DNA from: Candidatus Omnitrophota bacterium
GTDB lineage: Bacteria > Omnitrophota > Gorgyraeia > JAZDFF01
Reading direction: 5' to 3'
DNA: 64,000 nucleotides
Assembly (NCBI GenBank): GCA_043808095.1
Contig: JAZDFF010000031.1
Coordinates: 37,073-101,072 of the forward strand
Below the pieces are notes generated by a model. It searched no databases, had not been told where the DNA came from, and worked only from the letters and a program-made list of their open reading frames with translations. Positions 46,185 to 56,688 of the stretch are shown here, one piece after another; position 1 is the first letter of the stretch; each line of letters begins with the position of its first letter. Both the position numbers and the translations under genes were made by a program.

Positions 46185-46976
46185 ATGGATAATCTTTTAA
46201 AGATAAATAACCTTTGGGGCGGTTACGGTAAAGAGATGGTAATAAAAAACGTCTCATTTGAAATAAAAAGAGGAGATTTTTTAGGTATTATCGGTCCCAA
46301 TGGTTCAGGAAAATCGACTTTGCTTAGATTAATGAGCCGTGCATTGAATCCCCAAAAGGGTAATATCGCGCTTGAGGATATAGATATAAGTAAGACGGAC
46401 TTAAAAGAATTCTGTTGTAAGGTTGCTTTTGTGCCTCAAGATACCTTGATTAATTTTGACTTTGGTGTTTTTGAGATAGTGCTCATGGGAAGGATTCCGC
46501 ATCTTAAGAGGCTGCAGCTTGAAACCAGAAAGGACTTCTTAATAGCAGAAGAGGCGCTTTCATTGACCGATACTTTATATTTGAAAGAAAGGCAGATAGA
46601 TAGGCTGAGTGCCGGAGAGCGACAACGGGTGATTATCGCTAAGGCCCTGACCCAGGAGCCTATATTGTTATTTCTTGATGAACCCACGTCTCATCTGGAT
46701 ATAGGTCATCAGATACAGATCTTAGATTTGTTGAAAAAACTGAATAGGGAGAGAGGCCTTACCATAGTCATGGTTTTACATGATTTAAACCTAGCCAGTG
46801 AGTATTGCAATCGCTTGGTCTTATTAGACGAAGGAAAGATCTTTAAAGAAGGCTCTCCTTATGAAGTCTTAACTTATCAGAATATTGAAACAGTATATAA
46901 GACCGTTGTTGTAGTGAATAAAAATCCTATTTCCCAAAAGCCTTATGTACTTTTAGTCCCCCGGGAGAATAAATGA
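46185..46976 (+). CDS. btuD: ABC transporter ATP-binding protein (BtuD/FepC-like)
   Basis: Walker A GPNGSGKST, signature LSAGERQR, and Walker B LLFLDEPTSHLD. Confidence 0.8.
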   Translation: MDNLLKINNLWGGYGKEMVIKNVSFEIKRGDFLGIIGPNGSGKSTLLRLMSRALNPQKGNIALEDIDISKTDLKEFCCKVAFVPQDTLINFDFGVFEIVLMGRIPHLKRLQLETRKDFLIAEEALSLTDTLYLKERQIDRLSAGERQRVIIAKALTQEPILLFLDEPTSHLDIGHQIQILDLLKKLNRERGLTIVMVLHDLNLASEYCNRLVLLDEGKIFKEGSPYEVLTYQNIETVYKTVVVVNKNPISQKPYVLLVPRENK

Positions 46977-47545
46977 CTACGAGACTAATATTAGTAAGGC
47001 ACGGTCAGACTCCTTACGCTAGAGAGAAGAGATACTGCGGTTTAAGCGACATCGGGCTAGACGATAAAGGCATTAAAGAAGCAAAGGCTCTACGTAAAAG
47101 ACTATGCAGAAAGAATATTCAAGAGGTTTATTCAAGCGATCTTAAACGAGCATTGGATTTCGCAAAAATCATTTTTGAGAATTCTTCCATAAAAAGCACG
47201 GCTCAATTGAGAGAAATGAATTTTGGTATATTTGAGGGGCTTACTTATGGAGAGATCATGGAAAAATATCCGGAAATTTATACCAAATGGCTAAATGACC
47301 CCTTAATTACTCGAATTCCTAGGGCCGAGTCTTGGGTAGAATTCAGAAGAAGAATTAAACGAACATTAATTAAAATGATTAAACTTAACAAGAACAAGAC
47401 ATTGGCCATAGTCACTCATGCCGGACCGATAAGGATAATTCTAAGCGATATTTTGAGAACGAAGGATATCTGGCAAATAAACCCGGATACAGCTAGCCTC
47501 AATATCATCGAGTATAAAAATAAAAAAGCAAGATTAGTCGAGTGA
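46973..47545 (+). CDS. cobC: Histidine phosphatase family, alpha-ribazole phosphatase (CobC-like)
   Basis: RHGQT catalytic motif, and cobalamin context. Confidence 0.65.
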   Translation: MTTRLILVRHGQTPYAREKRYCGLSDIGLDDKGIKEAKALRKRLCRKNIQEVYSSDLKRALDFAKIIFENSSIKSTAQLREMNFGIFEGLTYGEIMEKYPEIYTKWLNDPLITRIPRAESWVEFRRRIKRTLIKMIKLNKNKTLAIVTHAGPIRIILSDILRTKDIWQINPDTASLNIIEYKNKKARLVE

Positions 47546-47554
47546 AAATTTAGA

Positions 47555-48073
47555 ATGGGAAAGATTATTTTTATTTTAGGTGGGGCAAGAAGCGGTAAAA
47601 GTCAGTTTGCAATAAAACTGGCTAAAAGAAAACCGCAAAGAGTTGCATTTATTGCCACGTGTTCGGCCCAAGATAAAGAAATGAAAAAACGCATTTGTCT
47701 ACACAAAAAATCAAGGCCTTCAGATTGGCAGACTTTTGAAGAGCTGCATGATTTAGCCCCATTATTAAAAAAAATAGGCCGCAAATTTGATATTATCATA
47801 ATAGATTGCTTAACTCTCTGGATATCTAATTTGTTGATAAAAGGTATAAACGGAAATGTAATTGAAAATAAAGCTAAGGAGAACTTTGCTGCCCTTAGAA
47901 CAATCAAGGGCAAATCTATTATTGTCTCAAATGAAGTCGGTTTAGGGATTGTGCCTGTTAATAAACTTGCAAGAGATTTTAGAGATATAGCAGGAAGAGT
48001 AAACCAAATTGCAGTCGGTGAATCCAACGAGGTGTTTTTACTGGTTTCGGGGATACCCTTAAAGATAAAATGA
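47555..48073 (+). CDS. cobU: Adenosylcobinamide kinase / adenosylcobinamide-phosphate guanylyltransferase
   Basis: P-loop GGARSGKS and the CobU fold. Confidence 0.8.
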   Translation: MGKIIFILGGARSGKSQFAIKLAKRKPQRVAFIATCSAQDKEMKKRICLHKKSRPSDWQTFEELHDLAPLLKKIGRKFDIIIIDCLTLWISNLLIKGINGNVIENKAKENFAALRTIKGKSIIVSNEVGLGIVPVNKLARDFRDIAGRVNQIAVGESNEVFLLVSGIPLKIK

Positions 48074-49128
48074 AAATCATAGATTGCGTAATCGAAAATA
48101 TAAGCGGGCTTGATTATGAACTTATGAAAAAGGCCCAGGATAGGCTGGATAATTTAACCAAGCCTCAAGGCAGTCTCGGAAGATTAGAGGAATTGGCGAA
48201 AATTATTGTAGGCATAACGCGAACAGCGTCCCCTGAGCTTAAAAATAAAGTTATCTTTACCCTTGCCGCAGACCACGGCGTTGCCGAAGAAAATGTTAGT
48301 GCTTACCCCAGAGAAGTTACCAGCCAGATGGTCTACAATTTTATAGACTGCGGCGCCGCGATAAACGTATTGGCAAAACATGTTGGTGCCAGGGTTGTGG
48401 TAGTAGATATCGGGGTAGCTTCTGATTTAAAACCCCATCCCAAATTAATGATTAAAAAAATAAATTATGGCACTAAGAATATAGTAAAAGGCTCGGCAAT
48501 GACTAAGGCCGAGGCAGAAAAGTCTATAGAAACGGGGATTAGCATTTTTGAAGAGGAGTTGAAAAAAGGGATTAATATTATCGGAACAGGCGAGATGGGT
48601 ATTGCAAATACTACTGCCTCAAGCGCAATAACTGCCCTTTTAACAAATAAGCCCCCGGAAGAAGTTACAGGAAGAGGTACAGGGATAGATGACAAGGTGT
48701 TAGAAAATAAAATCAAAATAATAAAAACGGCTTTAAAAATTAACCGGCCCAACCCCAGAGATCCCATAGATATCTTATCAAAAATAGGCGGGTTCGAGAT
48801 AGGAGGCCTTGTGGGGTTAATTTTGGCTGCTGCCTCAAAAAGGGTTCCTGTAGTAATTGATGGCTTTATTTCAGGGACAGCTGCATTGATAGCATACCAT
48901 TTAGAACCAAAGACAAAAGATTATATGATTGCCAGCCACTGTTCAGTAGAAAGAGGCCACAAAATTATCTTAGAGCATATGGGCCTTAAGCCCATATTAG
49001 ATTTAGACCTAAGGCTGGGGGAAGGTACGGGAGCTGCCCTGGGGATAAATATTATAGATGCGTCAATAAAGATTTTAACCCAGATGGCGACATTTAAAAA
49101 GGCTGGCGTTTCAGAAAAAACCCAATGA
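48070..49128 (+). CDS. cobT: Nicotinate-nucleotide--dimethylbenzimidazole phosphoribosyltransferase
   Basis: CobT family motifs GEMGIANTT and LGEGTGAAL. Confidence 0.85.
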   Translation: MKIIDCVIENISGLDYELMKKAQDRLDNLTKPQGSLGRLEELAKIIVGITRTASPELKNKVIFTLAADHGVAEENVSAYPREVTSQMVYNFIDCGAAINVLAKHVGARVVVVDIGVASDLKPHPKLMIKKINYGTKNIVKGSAMTKAEAEKSIETGISIFEEELKKGINIIGTGEMGIANTTASSAITALLTNKPPEEVTGRGTGIDDKVLENKIKIIKTALKINRPNPRDPIDILSKIGGFEIGGLVGLILAAASKRVPVVIDGFISGTAALIAYHLEPKTKDYMIASHCSVERGHKIILEHMGLKPILDLDLRLGEGTGAALGINIIDASIKILTQMATFKKAGVSEKTQ

Positions 49129-49179
49129 CCCATTCGACTTCGCTCAGGGTCATCCTGAGCGACTGAAAGGAGTCGAAGG

Positions 49180-49926
49180 ATGAGGAGCTTATTATTAGCT
49201 ATACAGTTTCTGACCATAATCCCAGTTAAAATCAAGAATGTCACTGACAAAAATTTTGCGAATTCAATGGTATATTTTCCGGTTGCAGGATTATTGATAG
49301 GCCTGATTTTAGCTGCAATAGCTCACCTGTTGTCCATTTTAAACTTCCAATATTTTGTATCAAATATTATTCTGGTTATTTCGCTAGTTATCATTACGGG
49401 AGGCATTCATCTGGATGGATTATCCGACACCTCCGATGCCCTATTAAGCAGAAAAGACAAAGACGAGATGTTAAGGATTATGCGGGATTCCCATATTGGG
49501 GTAATGGGAGCCCTGAGCATAATTTGTATTATATTGTTAAAGATATCTTTCCTTAGTTCTATTAATTCACCGTCAAAATTCGTATCGTTGGTTTTGATGT
49601 GCACTTTAAGCAGGTGGTCACTTGTATTAATGATGTTTTCCTTTCCTTATGCTAGAGAGGAAGGGAAGGCGAAAGTTTTTGTGCAAGGGGTTAATTTAAA
49701 GATATTAACTTTGGCTACAGTGATTGCCTTAGGCATTGCAGTTTCGGTCTGGCAGTTAAAAGGGCTATTAATCTTTGCGTTGACAGCGATAGGCAGTTAT
49801 GTAATCGGTAAATCCATAAATGATAAAATTAAAGGTTTAACCGGAGATTCTCTCGGGGCAATAAATGAACTCATAGAGGTCATTATATTATTTGGTGTAT
49901 GTATCTTAGAAAGGAGCGTTCTATGA
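49180..49926 (+). CDS. cobS: Cobalamin-5'-phosphate synthase (CobS)
   Basis: Polytopic membrane protein with CobS family motifs. Confidence 0.75.
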   Translation: MRSLLLAIQFLTIIPVKIKNVTDKNFANSMVYFPVAGLLIGLILAAIAHLLSILNFQYFVSNIILVISLVIITGGIHLDGLSDTSDALLSRKDKDEMLRIMRDSHIGVMGALSIICIILLKISFLSSINSPSKFVSLVLMCTLSRWSLVLMMFSFPYAREEGKAKVFVQGVNLKILTLATVIALGIAVSVWQLKGLLIFALTAIGSYVIGKSINDKIKGLTGDSLGAINELIEVIILFGVCILERSVL

Positions 49927-50660
49927 ATAACTTAGCAGTTATTTCTTCCTGGAGTGGCGGCAAAGACGGTTGTCTGGCCTGTTATAAAGCAATAAAACAG
50001 GGTTATCAGGTAAAATTTCTTCTTAATTTTATTTCTCGGGAACATAAGCGCTGTTGTTTTCACGGAATCGAGTCCGGCCTCTTGAAATTGCAGGCTGAAG
50101 CAGTAGGATTCCCTCTTATCCAAAAAGAGGTTACTGCCGATATGCAGAAATACGAAGAGGAATTTAAAGAAGCTGTACTTGAATTAAAAACCAAAGGGAT
50201 TAAAACGATGGTTTTCGGAGATATATATCTACTGGACCAGATAAATTGGGTCGAACGCGTCTGTAAAGACTTAGAGATTGTCCCTCTAGAACCACTTTGG
50301 AACGTTCCTCCTTCGGAAATTATAGAAGAGTTTATTGATTTAGGCTTTAAGGCAATCATTGTCAGTTGTAAGGCCGATAAATTAGGAGGGGATTTTATCG
50401 GAAGGTGCTTGGATAAAGAAATAGTGAAAGAGTTCAAAAAGAGAAATGTTTGTCCCTGCGGAGAGAACGGCGAGTTTCATACCCTTGTTATCGACGGCCC
50501 CTTGTTTAAAAAAAGAATTGAGATATTAGAAAGCAGGCCCGTACTTAAAGAAGGGTTTTGGAAACATTGGTTTCTGGATATAAAAAAAATAATCCAGATA
50601 GACAAAGGAAATCCTTGTGTGATTCAGAGTGTTGCCCTGCAACGGTGTTATCACAGATGA
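49923..50660 (+). CDS. MJ0570/Dph6-like PP-loop ATP pyrophosphatase family protein
   Basis: PP-loop SWSGGKDG at the N-terminus (from MNNLAVISSW), the ...EFHT motif, and ATGA coupling to cobS. Confidence 0.55.
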   Translation: MNNLAVISSWSGGKDGCLACYKAIKQGYQVKFLLNFISREHKRCCFHGIESGLLKLQAEAVGFPLIQKEVTADMQKYEEEFKEAVLELKTKGIKTMVFGDIYLLDQINWVERVCKDLEIVPLEPLWNVPPSEIIEEFIDLGFKAIIVSCKADKLGGDFIGRCLDKEIVKEFKKRNVCPCGENGEFHTLVIDGPLFKKRIEILESRPVLKEGFWKHWFLDIKKIIQIDKGNPCVIQSVALQRCYHR

Positions 50661-50740
50661 GCACAGATTGTAAGATACAGATAAACACAGAGAAGAATTT
50701 CTGTGATAATTTGTGAAATTTTTTCTGTGCAAATCTGTGG
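50651..50740. repeat. CACAGATGAGCACAGAT / TCTGTGCAAATCTGTGG inverted repeat pair (empty member of the ATCTGTG family)
   Basis: cacagatgagcacagattg...acagataaacacagag ... tctgtgataatttgtg...tctgtgcaaatctgtgg. It provides the stop codon of the upstream gene. Confidence 0.6.
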
Positions 50741-50791
50741 TTAAGCCCGGTCGATTGCCTATTTTGGAGAATATTCACACGGGAGGAGAAG

Positions 50792-52672
50792 ATGAAGATT
50801 TATAAAATTAAACCTGTGTTGAGTCTGTTGCTATTATGTCTATTTCTTTTAGCTTCCATAAACAGTCAAGCAACTGAACCCGAAGCAGACAATTATTCAC
50901 TCGATCTCGAAAAAATAGTAGTAACTGCCTCAAAAATAGAACAGTTATATAAATATTCTACACAAAATATAAGCATAATTACTAGTAAAGATTTAGAGTC
51001 TACTGCTAAAGATGAGATTACTGAAGTTTTGGATTTATTGCCATCTGTAGATATATTAGAATATGGTTCTAGCGGTTCTACGCGCTCAGTCCATACCAGA
51101 GGTGCCTCATCAACTCAAGTTCTCACACTTATTGATGGAAGGCCGTTAAATACACCTCGCGATGGCGCTACAGACTTTAATCAAATCCCCCTTTCTAATA
51201 TTGAGAGAATTGAAGTATTACGCGGGCCTGCCAGTAGCATCTATGGAGCAAGCGCGATAGGAGGGGTTATCAATATAATTACCAAGAGCCCAAAAGAAAA
51301 AATGCAAACCGAACTATTTAGTAAGTTCGGCTCTTTTAGCACAAAACACGCTTATTTAACGAATGGATATAAGATTAAAGATTTCGATTATTCTTTATCT
51401 TATGATTACTTTGCTTCGCACGGTCATAGGGATAATTCCGATTATTTAAGTAATAATGTCAATACAAAATTTGGCTATCAACTTAACCAAGATAATCGTA
51501 TTACAGCCTCTTGCGGTTATTATAACTCTGAGGTAGGTGCCCCTGGTCAAGTTTCTTATCCAGACCTTGATGACAGACAAGAGGCATTCAAAAAATACAT
51601 TGACCTTACCTATACTGGGAAACTGTTAGAGGGGCAAGATATATTATTAAAATTATTCCACAATTTTGATAGGCTTGAGTTCATCGAGACGCCTAATCCT
51701 CTTGATAAAACTACAAATCAAACTAAGGTGTATGGGATAGATGCACAAATTTCTCAAACTTTTTTTGATATCTTTCGGACAGCGATTGGAACAAGCTTTC
51801 AGGAAAATAGACTTAACAGTTCAGGCAGCGGTAAACATACATACAATTTAAAAGGTGCTTATTTTGAATCAGAGACAGATTTCTTAAAACTCGGTTCTTT
51901 AAAGTTCGGGGCGCGCTGGGATGATTACTCCAATTTCGGAGATAGAATCAGCCCGAGTGTAAGTTCTGAATTTTGGTTATTTGATACTTTTAAACTTCAT
52001 GCCTTAGCAGCAAAATCTTTTCGCGCACCTACGTTTAATGACCTTTACTGGCCAAGAGAAGAATATTTTTGGGAGGGTATTTCTGTCGGTGGCGTGGAAG
52101 GAAATCCAAATCTGGGTTCAGAAAAGGCCATGTCTTACGAAGTGGGCTTAAGTGGATATTTGTTTAATAAATTCAAAGCCGACGTCACCTTATTTAAGAC
52201 AAAACTCAGAGATTTAATCGAATGGTCTGTTGATAACAATTGGTGGTGGAAACCGGAAAATGTGAATTCTGCAACAATAAAAGGAGTAGAACTCGAGACA
52301 GAATTTGTACTAAAAGAGAATCTTAAGGCTAATTTTAATTATACATATCTTGAGGCTAAAGATGTTAATACAAAAAAGTGGTTAATCTATCGGCCTAGGC
52401 ACCTGTATAAGTTAAAATTCGTATATTTACCTACCTCTAAATTCGAACTGGGACTGAGCATGATATATAAAACCAAAAGGTTTGCCAATGCAGATAACAC
52501 GGTGTATCTTAAACATTACTTTGTGCCGAATCTAAATTTTATTTATCGAATAAATAAAAATGTACAAATCAATTTCGAGGTTAATAACATTTTTGATAGA
52601 CAATACCAAGAGGAAAGAGACTACTCTATGCCAGGAAGGGCATTTTATGGAGGGATGAAGTTTTCATTTTGA
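50792..52672 (+). CDS. TonB-dependent outer-membrane receptor (BtuB-like)
   Basis: Signal peptide, TonB box region (IVVTASK), plug and barrel motifs, and a C-terminal aromatic residue. Confidence 0.8.
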   Translation: MKIYKIKPVLSLLLLCLFLLASINSQATEPEADNYSLDLEKIVVTASKIEQLYKYSTQNISIITSKDLESTAKDEITEVLDLLPSVDILEYGSSGSTRSVHTRGASSTQVLTLIDGRPLNTPRDGATDFNQIPLSNIERIEVLRGPASSIYGASAIGGVINIITKSPKEKMQTELFSKFGSFSTKHAYLTNGYKIKDFDYSLSYDYFASHGHRDNSDYLSNNVNTKFGYQLNQDNRITASCGYYNSEVGAPGQVSYPDLDDRQEAFKKYIDLTYTGKLLEGQDILLKLFHNFDRLEFIETPNPLDKTTNQTKVYGIDAQISQTFFDIFRTAIGTSFQENRLNSSGSGKHTYNLKGAYFESETDFLKLGSLKFGARWDDYSNFGDRISPSVSSEFWLFDTFKLHALAAKSFRAPTFNDLYWPREEYFWEGISVGGVEGNPNLGSEKAMSYEVGLSGYLFNKFKADVTLFKTKLRDLIEWSVDNNWWWKPENVNSATIKGVELETEFVLKENLKANFNYTYLEAKDVNTKKWLIYRPRHLYKLKFVYLPTSKFELGLSMIYKTKRFANADNTVYLKHYFVPNLNFIYRINKNVQINFEVNNIFDRQYQEERDYSMPGRAFYGGMKFSF

Positions 52673-52775
52673 AATTCTTGCTTGTAAGAGCAGCGGCTTA
52701 AAATTAGAATTTTAAAATCGCTTTTGGGAAGTAAAATCTCTCGACAATCAGTAGTTGTTGAGGTATATTTAAACT

Positions 52776-53447
52776 ATGAAAAGGACTCCGCCTTTTTTGT
52801 TTTTTTCCATTATCTCGGCATTAATCCACGTCCTGATTTTATTTTCTTCGCCTAATGCACAGGCCTTAAAAGAGAGAAGGCTTTTGGCTAAAGAAATAAC
52901 GGTGACCTACCAGAAATTTAAGGACATCTCCCAGAAAGAAAGAGCATTGTTTCAACAATACAGGCCAGAACTGGGGCCTAAGATAGCAAGTGCCAAAGAC
53001 CTGCCTTTAAAGGTTAAAAATATCGAACCCTTGCTCTTAAAAGAGCGATTTTACCAAGATTTAAAAATTACGGCTGATAAAAAGCCCTTAATCCCTAAGT
53101 CGGGCCTTAACCAGAAAAAGGTTTCTCTGCCTGAGCTAGAGCAGCCTCAGATTAAGAACCCCCTTTATCTTAGTTACTATCAGGATATCCGGGCCAGGAT
53201 TAAGCATTTTGCTTATAGTAATTATACCCGCCTGGAAAAGGGCGAGATATATATGACTTTTATAATTTCCTCTGACGGAAGCCTAAAAGATATCAAAGTC
53301 CTTAATGATAAATCTACAGATAGCCCATACCTAAAAGGGATAAGCCTCAAGAGCGTAAAAGAGGCAACTCCCTATCCCAATTTCCCCAAAGAACTAAACT
53401 ACCCGCAGCTGTCCTTTAATGTCATAATCTCCTATGAGATAGATTGA
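52776..53447 (+). CDS. tonB: Energy transducer TonB (C-terminal TonB_C domain)
   Basis: N-terminal TM anchor, a proline/lysine-rich linker and TonB_C-like C-terminus. Confidence 0.6.
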   Translation: MKRTPPFLFFSIISALIHVLILFSSPNAQALKERRLLAKEITVTYQKFKDISQKERALFQQYRPELGPKIASAKDLPLKVKNIEPLLLKERFYQDLKITADKKPLIPKSGLNQKKVSLPELEQPQIKNPLYLSYYQDIRARIKHFAYSNYTRLEKGEIYMTFIISSDGSLKDIKVLNDKSTDSPYLKGISLKSVKEATPYPNFPKELNYPQLSFNVIISYEID

Positions 53448-53605
53448 TTCTTACTCCCGGCTCAAATCCCGTTTATCTAATAACCTAATAGCTATCTTTT
53501 AAAGGTTGAGATTTATAAATCTGGCATCTATGATATAGCATCCAGAATCTTAAAAACTCGCTTTACAATGAGTATAAATGATGGTAAAATATCTACCTAA
53601 AAATA

Positions 53606-53717
53606 GGGCGTCACAAAAGTGCCGCCCTTGATTACTGTGATTAAGAAAACAGATTACAGCGATTAAGCATGTCATCGAGATAATCACTGGAATCTTATTT
53701 AAAATCACTGTAATCAT
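53606..53717. repeat. Composite intergenic repeat: GGGCGTCACAAAAGTGCCGCCC hairpin plus TGATTACAGTGATT / AATCACTGTAATCA inverted units
   Basis: Same composite, in inverse orientation, at 61147-61276. The TGATTACAGTGATT family also lies at 1392-1440, 2836-2862, 3340-3380, 5745-5866, 41851-41905, 43803-43830 and 58295-58355. Confidence 0.65.
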
Positions 53718-53774
53718 AGGCTGGAACGGCTTTCGTGACAGCCTATTCCTAAAAAGAAAAGGAGATGATTAAAT

Positions 53775-53933
53775 ATGTCAGAGGTTGAAATAAGAAGGGG
53801 TGAGTCTTTTGAGGCTGCCCTGCGCCGGTTTAAGCAAAAAATCGAGCGTGATGGTATCCTGAAAGAAGTAAGGGACCGCAAGCACTACGAGAAGCCAAGC
53901 GAGAAAAAGCGTAAGAAAAGCCGAAGAAGGTAA
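53775..53933 (+). CDS. rpsU: 30S ribosomal protein S21
   Basis: Hand-translated 52-aa ORF MSEVEIRRGESFEAALRRFKQKIERDGILKEVRDRKHYEKPSEKKRKKSRRR. Confidence 0.75.
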   Translation: MSEVEIRRGESFEAALRRFKQKIERDGILKEVRDRKHYEKPSEKKRKKSRRR

Positions 53934-54852
53934 TGTTTGCGTTATCCACATCCTGGAATGCCCAAAAGTTTGACAACGGCAAGGAATTAATCAAGGAAAT
54001 AACAGAATTAGATTTTAAAAATATCGAACTTAGTTTTAATCTTACCCCTCTGATCCTGGATGACATTTACTCCTTTTAAAAAAAGGCGTAATTAAAGTAA
54101 TAAGTTTGCACAATTTTTGCCCTGTACCCGAAGGCCTGGAGAGGTCAAAAGCGCTTCCTGATTGTTATTCACTTGCCAGCCTAGACGAGGGAATTCGTAA
54201 AGACGCAGTAAATCATACCAAAAAGACCATTGATACCGCCACTAGTTTTAAGGCTAAGGCAGTGGTTTTACATTGCGGCCGGGTTGAAATGCCGGATAAA
54301 ACAATTGCATTAATCGAGTTATTCAAAAAAGGCCTAATTCATTCAGAAGAATATAGAAATCTCAAGGCTCAAGCCCTGGAAGAGAGAGAAGAAAAACTTG
54401 AGCCATTTTTAAATCAGGCCCTAAAAAGCCTGGCTGAACTTTTAGGATATGCAAAGGAAAAAGGGATTGTTCTGGGTATTGAAAATAGGTTTTATCTTCG
54501 CGAGATACCTAATTTTAATGAAATAGGTTTATTTTTAAAAACCTTTCCTAACAAAAATATAGCCTATTGGCACGATGCAGGTCATGCCAAGGTTCAAGAG
54601 AATTTAGGATTTAATTATCATCTCGAATATCTTAAGGCGTATTATAAAAGAATGATAGGGATGCATCTTCATGGCGTGGAGGGCACAGTTGACCATCTAT
54701 CTCCCTTAGACGGGGAAATTGATTTCACTGATTTAGTCGGTTTTACCCAAAAAGACACTTTAAAGGTTATTGAATCCCATAAGACAGCAAGCCCCAGCCA
54801 ATTAGCGGAAGCGGCAAAATACTTAAGAGGTATTTTTAATGACTACGATTAG
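53933..54852 (+). pseudogene. Sugar phosphate isomerase/epimerase (xylose isomerase-like TIM barrel) interrupted by a frameshift in an A7 homopolymer
   Basis: The 48-aa N-terminal ORF (53933-54079) and the 248-aa ORF (54106-54852) are one protein in different frames. The junction is ttttaaaaaaagg at about 54074-54086. Confidence 0.5.
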
Positions 54853-55654
54853 GCAGCCTGCTGTCAGCGGCCAATTTTATTACAGTTCCCCCGAGGCATT
54901 AAAAAAACAGATTGCCTCTTTTATTGATCAAGATGCCAAAAAACAGACTGTCTTGGCTATGGTCCTGCCGCATGCAGGATATGTTTATTCTGGAAGGGTG
55001 GCCGTTCAAACTATTAGCAATGCCGAGTTTAAAGAGACATTCATTCTTATAGGCCCGAATCATACCGGACACGGAAAGGCCTTTAGCATAATGACTGAGG
55101 GTTCCTGGCGCACGCCCTTTGGCGAGGTCCCTATTGACGAAAAATTAGCTAAAGAGATTTTGAATGACTCAGGGAATCTTTCCGAAGATACCCCGGCCCA
55201 GCGATACGAGCATTCTCTGGAAGTAGAATTACCCATACTCCAGTATTTTAAATCTGATTTTAAAATTGTTCCTCTGGTAATTGCACCGGCAGATAAAAGG
55301 ACCTATGAACGTATTGGTATTGAATTAGCCGGGACCATTAAAAGATTAAATGTAACTGATAAGGTAATTATTATTGCCAGCTCCGATATGACCCATTACG
55401 AACCACAAGAAGAAGCAGAAAAAAAGGACAGACTGGCAATTGAGGCTATTTTAAAATTAGACCACAGTCTTTTATTAGAGCGTGTCGCGGACCTGGATAT
55501 ATCAATGTGTGGTTATGCTGCGGTTGTCATAATGCTGGTTAGCGCAAAGAGGTTGGGTGCTAAAGAGGCAAGGCTTATCAGGTACGAAACTAGCGGTGAA
55601 GCTTCAGGAGACTATAGTTCTGTAGTAGGTTATGCCGGCATAATTATAAACTAG
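54839..55654 (+). CDS. MEMO1-family protein (AmmeMemoRadiSam system protein B-like)
   Basis: AVSGQFYYSSPEAL...LAMVLPHAGYVYSG motif set. Confidence 0.7.
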   Translation: MTTIRQPAVSGQFYYSSPEALKKQIASFIDQDAKKQTVLAMVLPHAGYVYSGRVAVQTISNAEFKETFILIGPNHTGHGKAFSIMTEGSWRTPFGEVPIDEKLAKEILNDSGNLSEDTPAQRYEHSLEVELPILQYFKSDFKIVPLVIAPADKRTYERIGIELAGTIKRLNVTDKVIIIASSDMTHYEPQEEAEKKDRLAIEAILKLDHSLLLERVADLDISMCGYAAVVIMLVSAKRLGAKEARLIRYETSGEASGDYSSVVGYAGIIIN

Positions 55655-55673
55655 ACGGGGGGGGAAAAGCACG

Positions 55674-56021
55674 ATGAATGACGACGCCAAAAAACAAATA
55701 GACGAGTCTTGGAAAGAAACGGTAGAAAAGGAAAAGACAGTTAAAGACTCAGAGATTAAACAGGAAAAATTTCAGATTCCTAAACCGGATTTTAAATTTT
55801 TTATTTCTACGCTCAGCCTTCAGGCATTTATTGCCCTGGGCGAATTAGAAAATCCGGTCAGCCACAAAAAAGAAGAAGATCTTAACCAGGCAAAGTTTCT
55901 TATTGATACCCTGGATATGCTAAAAGAAAAAACCAAAGGTAATCTTGACGAAGAAGAAGCCAGTATCTTAGAAGATGTACTCTATGAATTAAAGATGAAA
56001 TATGTAGCGAAGGGAGGTTAA
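55674..56021 (+). CDS. DUF1844 domain protein
   Basis: FISTLSLQAFIALGELENPVS...QAKFLIDTLDML is a DUF1844-like pattern. Confidence 0.5.
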   Translation: MNDDAKKQIDESWKETVEKEKTVKDSEIKQEKFQIPKPDFKFFISTLSLQAFIALGELENPVSHKKEEDLNQAKFLIDTLDMLKEKTKGNLDEEEASILEDVLYELKMKYVAKGG

Positions 56022-56022
56022 A

Positions 56023-56196
56023 ATGATCGATAAAGAATTATTAGATATATTGGCATGCCCGGCTTGTAAGGCTGATGTAGAGCTTAAAAATGAAAAAATC
56101 GTCTGCACTAAATGCGGCCGTAAATACCCCATTCGTGATGGTATCCCCATAATGCTAATTGATGAAGCCGAACCTCCCACAAAGAAAGGCGAGTAA
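56023..56196 (+). CDS. Trm112/YcaR-family small zinc-ribbon protein
   Basis: Hand-translated 57-aa [52 protein letters not shown]. Confidence 0.6.
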   Translation: MIDKELLDILACPACKADVELKNEKIVCTKCGRKYPIRDGIPIMLIDEAEPPTKKGE

Positions 56197-56198
56197 CC

Positions 56199-56654
56199 AT
56201 GAAACCGAGAATCTTAATTATCCATGGTCCGAATTTGAATCTTTTGGGAAAAAGAGAGCCTGATATTTATGGTAAGTTTACCTTAAAAGAAATCGACGGG
56301 AAACTTAAAAATTTAGGCGATTCCCTCGGCGTTACGATAAAGGCGGTGCAGTCAAATCATGAAGGCGAGATAGTCGATTTTATCGGCAGCGCACCGGGAA
56401 AATTTGACGCAGTTGTTATAAACCCTGCAGCCTATACCCATACCAGCGTGGCTATTCGTGATGCGATTTCCGCTATTCATATTCCAGTAATCGAGGTACA
56501 TCTCTCAAACATCTATGGCCGGGAGGATTTTCGCCATACCTCGCTGATTTCTGCGGTATGCTCCGGAGGAGTATTTGGTTTTGGAATAGAAAGTTATCTC
56601 CTGGGGCTGCGCGCCGCATTATTTTTGGTTAAGAATAAGCGCAAATCCCGCTAG
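56199..56654 (+). CDS. aroQ: 3-dehydroquinate dehydratase, type II
   Basis: [21 protein letters not shown] and the HLSNI motif. Confidence 0.85.
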   Translation: MKPRILIIHGPNLNLLGKREPDIYGKFTLKEIDGKLKNLGDSLGVTIKAVQSNHEGEIVDFIGSAPGKFDAVVINPAAYTHTSVAIRDAISAIHIPVIEVHLSNIYGREDFRHTSLISAVCSGGVFGFGIESYLLGLRAALFLVKNKRKSR

Positions 56655-56688
56655 AGATTAATCTGGCGGATCCTATCTTACGGAATAA

